Positions 1 through 6,027 of a stretch of 43,090 nt of DNA are shown here, piece after piece. A model generated the notes under the pieces. That model saw only the letters and a list, made by a program, of their open reading frames with translations. It had not been told where the DNA came from and made no database searches. The stretch covers positions 1 through 43,090 of the IMG/VR virus record IMGVR_UViG_3300032255_000004. One strand, written 5' to 3'. Made by a program: the position numbers and the translations under genes. Source of the stretch: a virus (Duplodnaviria > Caudoviricetes). The stretch's first letter is position 1; the number at the start of each line of letters is the position of its first letter.

Positions 1-232
1 TACCTCGCATAACATGGTGTAGTCTAACGAACAATGAACCCGTTAGATCCGCTACCATTACCCCACATAGGCCCACAGGCAGACCTACAAAGAGTAATTG
101 CATAGCAAAGGGTAACGATGCTTCGCTGATTAAGATCACCCACAGACCTGATCCCGTAACAAACAATGCCCACAGTCCCGCTGTTAATCCTGCTATGATC
201 AGGATTTTACTGATTTGTAACAAATTATTCAT
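1..232 (-). CDS. Small hydrophobic membrane protein; runs off the left edge and, if circular, continues to a stop at 43056 (88 aa)
   Basis: ATG at 232; MNNLLQISKILIIAGLTAGLWALFVTGSGLWVILI...QLLFVGLPVGLCGVMV has 2-3 hydrophobic segments; the frame stays open across the 1/43090 junction (RGMVIALISVQSS*). Not in the ORF track. Confidence 0.6.
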   Translation of the reverse strand, partial: MNNLLQISKILIIAGLTAGLWALFVTGSGLWVILISEASLPFAMQLLFVGLPVGLCGVMVADLTGSLFVRLHHVMRG

Positions 233-266
233 AAGTATTCTCTTAATAAAATCGTGATAGTATTAA

Positions 267-692
267 TCAAATTGTACTCTTAATTTTTCTAATTTCTTCT
301 TCAAGCTCAAGCAACCGCTCACTGTCTTGTTTCTTATAGTTCCATCTCAAACTATTGAGTACATCACAGATATACCTAGGCAATACAATAGTGCATATTG
401 CAATAGGTATTAATACCCAAGCTATTGGGGGCAATATCTGCATAGTAACCCCTAGGCAAAGACTTACAGTTCCAAGAATCAGAAGGTCGTACAATAACCA
501 AGAGCCTAAAGGATCTGCTATATCGTCTACACGTTCCCACTTAAAACCTTGTAACTTGTCAAACCAACTGGGTTCGGTACGACCTCTTGACCAAAATTTA
601 AGTAATGAACTAATTGCAAGCAATACAATTGGTAAAGCTAAGTTAATTACATACAACGTAATGATAATATTTGAACCTAAATTTAATCCCAT
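267..692 (-). CDS. Hypothetical membrane protein (3 predicted TM segments, C-terminal coiled coil)
   Basis: 141-aa ORF with hydrophobic stretches; TAATG coupling to the upstream ORF at 692. Confidence 0.75.
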   Translation of the reverse strand: MGLNLGSNIIITLYVINLALPIVLLAISSLLKFWSRGRTEPSWFDKLQGFKWERVDDIADPLGSWLLYDLLILGTVSLCLGVTMQILPPIAWVLIPIAICTIVLPRYICDVLNSLRWNYKKQDSERLLELEEEIRKIKSTI

Positions 693-838
693 TATTGTTC
701 CCCTTGTTCAGGTTCAATACGGTACAAGACACCTTGCACGGAATGGATTGTTTCGACATCAACCCAGTGGTCCCATAATGGGTACTTGTATTGAAATTGA
801 ACGTGTTCAGGTACGTGTTCAGGTTGGATATGGTTCAT
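692..838 (-). CDS. Small hypothetical early protein (48 aa, MNHIQPEHVPEH...)
   Basis: AGGAG RBS upstream of ATG at 838 (start corrected from 883); stop overlaps the next ATG. Confidence 0.6.
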   Translation of the reverse strand: MNHIQPEHVPEHVQFQYKYPLWDHWVDVETIHSVQGVLYRIEPEQGEQ

Positions 839-867
839 GGTTGAACTCCTATTGAATGGTGTAGAAA

Positions 868-898
868 GAATGCTATCATCCAAGCTTGATGAAACAAA
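868..898 (-). promoter_or_regulatory. Putative sigma70 promoter (TTGTTT-N16-TAGCAT with extended TG)
   Basis: Minus strand ttgtttcatcaagcttggaTGaTAGCAT lies just after a terminator and upstream of the 838 ORF. Confidence 0.4.
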
Positions 899-918
899 AA
901 GCCCTCAATCAAGAGGGC
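896..918 (-). terminator. Rho-independent terminator
   Basis: Minus strand GCCCTC-ttgatt-GAGGGC-TTTTT, 20 nt after the stop of the 938-1636 gene. Confidence 0.85.
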
Positions 919-937
919 CGTTGTTCAGGTGGTAAGG

Positions 938-1636
938 TTAAGCTTTAGCTTTAGCCTTAGGTGTAGCTTTAGCCTTAGGTGTAGCCTTAGCCTTAGGTGT
1001 AGCCTTAGCCTTAGGTGTAGCCTTAGCCTTAGCCTTAGGTGTAGGTTTAGCCGCTACTACTACAGGTTTAGCTTCACTTTGATCACCACTGTATTTTTTA
1101 AGTAACGCCTCAAGTTCAGATTTAAAGGTGTCGTTAACTTCCTTATTCGCTTGCTTTAACTTATCGCTATCCTCTGCGCTGGTATAACGTTTGATGTTAC
1201 CTAGGCAAGCTTTGATCAGATCGATCTCAGGTGTTGCGGTGCCAATCTTATCATGTAAGTACCAAGGTTTTTGAAGTACCTTCTCATTAACCTTGAGCTT
1301 GGTACTATTACTGAACTTCACGAATTTTAGTTCACCTTTGATTTTACGGAAGGCGAAACCTTGCACCAAAGCTAAGATATAGTTACGCAGTGTTTGCGAT
1401 CTCATACCTTGTCCGTATGTTTGTCCAGCCTGATCCATTAGGAAGTTGAATACCTCTGGATTGTTTGAACCGTTCACCTTGAAGTGATCCAATCCGTACA
1501 CTACAACGTTTTGGATGTTATCTTGTATACTACCGTTGGCCGTAAACGCAGCACATGCTACTTGTTTCCAGTTTTCTGCGTTAACTTCTACGTTGCCAGT
1601 TGATACCGCTTGCAATAACTTTTTTGTTAGTTTCAT
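938..1636 (-). CDS. Early protein with histone-H1-like Lys/Ala/Pro C-terminal tail
   Basis: AGGTG RBS before ATG at 1636; C-terminus PKAKAKATPKAKATPKAKATPKAKATPKAKAKA; followed by a terminator. Confidence 0.8.
   Translation of the reverse strand: MKLTKKLLQAVSTGNVEVNAENWKQVACAAFTANGSIQDNIQNVVVYGLDHFKVNGSNNPEVFNFLMDQAGQTYGQGMRSQTLRNYILALVQGFAFRKIKGELKFVKFSNSTKLKVNEKVLQKPWYLHDKIGTATPEIDLIKACLGNIKRYTSAEDSDKLKQANKEVNDTFKSELEALLKKYSGDQSEAKPVVVAAKPTPKAKAKATPKAKATPKAKATPKAKATPKAKAKA
941..1045 (-). repeat. 18-bp tandem repeat encoding (TPKAKA)n
   Basis: Repeated ttagccttaggtgtagcc-type units on the + strand. Confidence 0.9.
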
Positions 1637-1697
1637 TTTGTTCACCTATTAAAAGATTAAGAATCCCATAAACAGTACGTTTATTTCGTATGCTAAA

Positions 1698-2236
1698 AAG
1701 CATATTGAAGCGCACCACAAACATAGTGATACGCTTAGTATATGATTTCTAACGCTTGCCCATTAACCTGTCCTTATGGTCTAGGCCCACGATGGAAGTA
1801 TATCCCGCTTCCATTACGGTCGAATTGTTTTTGACTAACTACAGTCGCAGTAACAATTTAACTGCTATCGGTAGTGTTTATCCACTCAAGTTTATTCGTT
1901 ATTCCAACCCACCGAACACCTAACAACTATCGTTTTATACGTCACTCCTGAACTTGCTAGATTCATTAGGACTTGCTATCGCTAAACATGCTCAAAGAGT
2001 GACCTGATCACATGCCTGATAACTTGGTGTTATGTAAGCTTACTAGAACTTTCAACTGGTACAATGTGCTGTATTGTACCACTACCTAGGCCCGCCAGTT
2101 TTTTTCAAGGGGCGGCACCTATTAACTTGCCGATTTAACGGCTATCTATTTCTACCTATGAAACTTGCCTTGTGCTAAGCGACACGACACTGAATAAAAG
2201 ACATACATTGTACGGCCCATAGTTAGTGCTTCAGAC
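1698..2236 (-). ncRNA. Candidate structured non-coding RNA or long structured 5' leader
   Basis: No ORF of 60 aa or more; many stems (1708-18/1726-36 pairs fully only on the minus strand using G.U; 1792-98/1808-14; 1941-47/1997-2003; 2057-65/2073-81); TAGCAT -10-like hexamer at 2243-2248. Confidence 0.5.
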
Positions 2237-2244
2237 TTTAAATG

Positions 2245-2439
2245 CTACCCTGTACAAAAGTACCAAGCGCATATTAAGACACTAGCTAGTGAAGAAATGG
2301 AAAGTAACTGAATTGTTAAAGAACGTGCCCCGATGGACGCTAGATATATAGCATATCCCGTGCCAACAATTATTTTATTCAATAGAATCAATAGTTTAGC
2401 TGTAATAACCTTACTAATAGTATGGATGATAGCATTCAA
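2245..2439 (-). CDS. Small hypothetical membrane protein (64 aa)
   Basis: TTG start with AAGGT upstream; two hydrophobic segments. Confidence 0.4.
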   Translation of the reverse strand: MNAIIHTISKVITAKLLILLNKIIVGTGYAIYLASIGARSLTIQLLSISSLASVLICAWYFCTG

Positions 2440-2452
2440 TAATTACCTTAGT

Positions 2453-2565
2453 TGTAAAGAAACCCGACAGTGCTAAGTGTATGATTCTATTAACAATGGT
2501 AATAATACTTCCCTTAATACATAGGTTTTATAACACCTTGAACTGTAAAGAAACCCGACAGTGCT
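2453..2565. repeat. Two exact 22-bp direct repeats TGTAAAGAAACCCGACAGTGCT
   Basis: Copies at 2453-2474 and 2544-2565. Confidence 0.9.
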
Positions 2566-2612
2566 TTGAGGGTAGCATTGGCATTAATATATAAGGAAAC
2601 GCGTACACGTGT

Positions 2613-2629
2613 AGCAAGGTCTATGCCAA
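2613..2629 (-). promoter_or_regulatory. sigma54 (-24/-12) consensus site, leftward
   Basis: Minus strand TTGGCATAGACCTTGCT = GG-N10-GC, matching YTGGCACGNNNNTTGCW. Confidence 0.65.
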
Positions 2630-2785
2630 CCTGTAAAATAAGTAATCACACTGTACATACGTACATTCCCATAAAAGGCTCTGTACGTCACTCAGAGCTA
2701 TTAACTATTTTCTGGTGTACTTTCCTGAATAAAAACTGATCGTACAATGTAGGTACCTTACAGGCTGAATTCGCTGTTTTCAGAG

Positions 2786-2824
2786 AGTGAATAATTATTC
2801 AGTATCTGTGCATAAGTATTCAAT
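2786..2824. promoter_or_regulatory. Tandem ARG boxes (ArgR operator)
   Basis: agTGAATAATTATTCAgt (2786-2803) and tgTGCATAAGTATTCAat (2807-2824): two 18-bp boxes separated by 3 bp, the canonical gammaproteobacterial ArgR operator geometry. Confidence 0.7.
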
Positions 2825-2834
2825 AGCTGTAATG

Positions 2835-2894
2835 TTGGCATGAGTATTGCTAGGTACTAAGTGAATACCTATTGGCATGAGTATTGCTAGGTAC
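2835..2894 (+). promoter_or_regulatory. Two exact 23-bp direct repeats, each containing a rightward sigma54 consensus site
   Basis: TTGGCATGAGTATTGCTAGGTAC at 2835-2857 and 2872-2894; GG-N10-GC spacing is exact. Confidence 0.7.
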
Positions 2895-3337
2895 AATCAC
2901 TGTATAGATATACATATAATCAATAGGTATCAGGTGCTATACCTAAGTGGCTCGCTTGCGAGCGTCCCCATATACAAAACAACAACTTACAGCACATAGC
3001 ACCCGTCAGGATGCAAGGTCACTCAGGAATCCATTCCATTCGTTCTTCACTCAGTTCACAGGCACCCCACCCCTCGGGGGTCTTGTTCTGTGGTTGTAGA
3101 GTGCATAGCCCCCCAGAAATTTCTACAAAAAATATCAAACCAGAGATTCTCTCCGAGGTGTGAGTACCCCGCTCTAGGGGTGCGACCATCCTTGGCGTGC
3201 TCTTCATCTCTTCGTCCCAACGGGACGTTCTCCCTTGAACGCTCTAAAGGACTTATTTAACTATTTTTAACTATTTAACACTGGAATTGAACTTTCTTCA
3301 ACTGAAAGTTGTCTAATCTATATGACCATATAATTAT

Positions 3338-3401
3338 TCAGGTATTTAGTACTAATTAAATAATTAAATAGCTAATTAAATAAGTACTAGTACATACCTG
3401 A
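3338..3401. repeat. AT-rich inverted repeat enclosing three TAATTAAA units
   Basis: TCAGGTAT..TAGTACT / AGTACTA..ATACCTGA arms around ctaattaaataattaaatagctaattaaata. Confidence 0.7.
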
Positions 3402-3451
3402 TCTTCTCTCGAAGAGAGGCTTTACTACAGAGACCTTACTAAGGGGAACGC

Positions 3452-3703
3452 TTGAACCATATCTTGAGTCCTTTCATAGGTAAGTTAGTTCAACTAGGAA
3501 TCCCCGGACAGTACACCTGTTATGGATACCTCAGAGAAGTTCAGGAAGACCAGAGCTACCAGTACGGAGATGCCCCTGCTGATACCCTGATTGTACTAGA
3601 AGTACATGACCCTGAGTTAGTCACATCAAACAACCCAGACGAACCTGAGCATTGGACAGTACATTGCTTCAGTTCAGATATCTCACTAATTCCCCTTCAC
3701 TAA
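3452..3703 (+). CDS. Hypothetical protein, first gene of the structural arm
   Basis: 83-aa ORF, TTG start with AAGGGG RBS, genome-typical codon usage. Confidence 0.65.
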   Translation: MNHILSPFIGKLVQLGIPGQYTCYGYLREVQEDQSYQYGDAPADTLIVLEVHDPELVTSNNPDEPEHWTVHCFSSDISLIPLH

Positions 3704-3712
3704 GAGTACATA

Positions 3713-6007
3713 ATGGCTAAGTACACACCATCTGGTAACGTAAGAACTAAAGCTGACTTCAATGCTGAATTCCAAAAGATCAAGGTAGCTATTGATTCCC
3801 AGTTAGATCGGGAGTCCAGTAGTTCTAATCAGATGGAAACTCCACTGGATATGAACAGTCAGCGAATTTTGAATCTACCTGTACCTGTAAATCCAACAGA
3901 TGTTGTACGGGTTAAAGATGTCAGCGATCTTGTGTTCCAGACCCAGTTATCTTATGTCCAAGAGGATGTTCCTACTGAGGTAAGTTTAGAAGGCTCACGT
4001 TGGTACAAACCCTCTTTAGCTACTACATTCGTGTACTACACAGATCAGTCAGGCGATAAGTACTGGGTAGAAGAGCCTGTTGCAGTATGTGACCCTCTTG
4101 AACAAGCCTCTGAGTTAACTACAGATTCATTAATTCTGAGTACAGAAGTGTACGGGACAGGGACCTCTTTAACTACAACAGGGTACAGTGCTGTAGGTGA
4201 TGGTGGCGGTGCTCAATGGGTATCTACAGCAGTAACGGGACAGACCCCTAGTCAAACACCAGCGCAGCTAGGTGATGCACTACTTAACGATGCTAATGGC
4301 GTTCAATGGTCGCTAGTTTCAGGAGGGTCAGTTAATGTAGATACGTTGGGTGCTGTTGGTGACGGGATTGCTGACGATACTGCTGTATTCACTGCCGCAG
4401 CGAAAGGATCTATTTCAGCTAAAACGCTTACACAAGGGCGTCTTGTCAGATCCGATAGCGCATCTGTGTATGTCCCTGCTGGCAATTACAACATCACAAG
4501 TGTAGTAGATACAGACGGAGTACAAATACGTTGGATCATGGCTAACGGTGCTGTAATCCCTAATCTGTCAGTTAGTGACGAGCCTCTGGATTCGGACGCT
4601 ACATACGATCAAAACCCTGCTTATCTGTTTGGATCTATCTCTTACGATGATAAAAGGGTGTTTCTGCGTCCTTGCGGTAGTCGTGATTTTAATGCTGGAT
4701 TCACTGCTCAAGTATCAGGCAACCCTCAACGGGGAGCAGAGATAACGGGTTTCAGTGATTACACATCTGTTGCCAACTATGCAGATCGAGACGCTGTTGG
4801 TATCTACAGCGACGCTTACGCTGACCCTAATGAACAGATACTTATTGATCCTGTTACGTCATACACTGATACTAGGGTTAATCTTCCTGCGCCTTTAACG
4901 TCTAACCAAGTTGCTAGACTGCGCGTAGGTATGATGTTGGATACACGCCATACAGGCGCTAAGTTCACGGGTACAGTCACTGACTGGGACGATTCAGGGA
5001 ACTGGATTGATGTCGAGGGCTGGTACGCAATGGGTGACACGTCTGACGGTCAAATACCGGGCGGTAATACAGGTATCCTGATCAACCCAGTAACTAAAGT
5101 GTGGGGAATGAACACACAGATAAAAATACCTACTACGTCTTATGCTCACGCTGGATCAGGTATGGAGATCGGCATCAGCGACTGGAAAGCTGAGTCGGAG
5201 CAGTTCGATACTGGCAGAGATATAGCGGTAGATAACAGTCCCCACTATGTTTGGGGCATGCACATTACAAACTTCACAAGTAATAAAATGCAAGCACATT
5301 TAGTGTTAGATGGTCCGAGCTGGTACGCTATCCAGACTAATGCCAACGTTAGTAATGGCTTCAGGTATAGAGGTGGAGGTTCAGCTTTAATTACTCAAAA
5401 TGACTCCCTGACTACTCGTGGCCGTGTTTTAAATAGTGGCCGATACTTCCTTGAAGAGCAGACGGCTACCGTAACAGCTACCCCTGACGAAAACCCAGCG
5501 AACTCATTTTACTGGGACACTGCACTTAAATTCAACACCGCAAGTGGTCCTACAATGGAGTTAGGTAGGCAGTACGACGCATCAACGCCTGTGATTAATT
5601 TCCACCAGAGCGGTGGCAATATTAATTATGATACACGTATTCGAACTACTAACGGCGATGGGGCTACTGACGGTAATGGTTTCCTCTGGCTAGAAGCAGA
5701 TGGTACGTCAGGACGTGTGTATCTAGACGCTGACGATGTTATTGTTAATAACGCTACTCGACTTAGACCTGCGGATAACAACGCAACAAAGAACGGCGAT
5801 ACAAGTAACAGGTGGTCTGAAACTTACTCTGTTGAATTTCGGCCCGGCACTGTTGGTGATGTGGTGTGGACTAGTGGTACAGGCAGCCCCGAAGGTGTAG
5901 TAACAGCACCAGTAGGGTCTATGTTTACTAGAAGAGATGGTGGGGCCTCTACCACTCTATACGTCAAAGAATCTGGATCAGGCAATACGGGATGGGTCGC
6001 TAAATAA
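3713..6007 (+). CDS. Tail fibre / tailspike 1 (virion-anchored)
   Basis: N-terminal anchor with LDMNSQRILNLPVPVNPTDVV motif; LGAVGDGIADDTAVF tailspike entry motif; C-terminal SGTGSPEGVVTAPVGS..TGW motif typical of phage fibres. Confidence 0.85.
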   Translation: MAKYTPSGNVRTKADFNAEFQKIKVAIDSQLDRESSSSNQMETPLDMNSQRILNLPVPVNPTDVVRVKDVSDLVFQTQLSYVQEDVPTEVSLEGSRWYKPSLATTFVYYTDQSGDKYWVEEPVAVCDPLEQASELTTDSLILSTEVYGTGTSLTTTGYSAVGDGGGAQWVSTAVTGQTPSQTPAQLGDALLNDANGVQWSLVSGGSVNVDTLGAVGDGIADDTAVFTAAAKGSISAKTLTQGRLVRSDSASVYVPAGNYNITSVVDTDGVQIRWIMANGAVIPNLSVSDEPLDSDATYDQNPAYLFGSISYDDKRVFLRPCGSRDFNAGFTAQVSGNPQRGAEITGFSDYTSVANYADRDAVGIYSDAYADPNEQILIDPVTSYTDTRVNLPAPLTSNQVARLRVGMMLDTRHTGAKFTGTVTDWDDSGNWIDVEGWYAMGDTSDGQIPGGNTGILINPVTKVWGMNTQIKIPTTSYAHAGSGMEIGISDWKAESEQFDTGRDIAVDNSPHYVWGMHITNFTSNKMQAHLVLDGPSWYAIQTNANVSNGFRYRGGGSALITQNDSLTTRGRVLNSGRYFLEEQTATVTATPDENPANSFYWDTALKFNTASGPTMELGRQYDASTPVINFHQSGGNINYDTRIRTTNGDGATDGNGFLWLEADGTSGRVYLDADDVIVNNATRLRPADNNATKNGDTSNRWSETYSVEFRPGTVGDVVWTSGTGSPEGVVTAPVGSMFTRRDGGASTTLYVKESGSGNTGWVAK

Positions 6008-6027
6008 TATGGTTACAGGAACAAATA

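Noticed and set aside
355-855. Antisense ORFs in the track (355-855, 21556-22008, 24108-24557, 42669-43073 and similar)
   Set aside because: They are shadows of well-supported genes on the opposite strand, with no RBS or motifs.
2012-2040. dif/cer-like Xer site (atgcctgataa-cttggtg-ttatgtaagct), considered because of the ARG boxes
   Set aside because: XerD arm matches only 8/11, the XerC arm is poor, and it lies ~750 bp from the ARG boxes; no sign of a plasmid or integrative lifestyle.
2492-2510. Fur box-like sequence AACAATGGTAATAATACTT
   Set aside because: Only about 12/19 match, in AT-rich DNA.
2241-2579. Retron-like a1/a2 inverted repeats
   Set aside because: No reverse transcriptase anywhere in the window; the 11-bp repeat belongs to the TAGCATT motif family.
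2453-2894. Mini-CRISPR array suggested by the 22-bp and 23-bp direct repeats
   Set aside because: Only two copies each, spacers of 69 and 14 bp, no cas genes; the 23-mers are explained as sigma54 sites.
3110-3190. tRNA-like element ending ...GGGTGCGACCA
   Set aside because: No TTC T-loop, D-arm or cloverleaf could be built; no tRNA genes were found in the window.
3019-3207. 62-aa minus-strand ORF in the inter-arm region
   Set aside because: No convincing RBS or motifs, and it overlaps the palindrome-rich putative terminus region.
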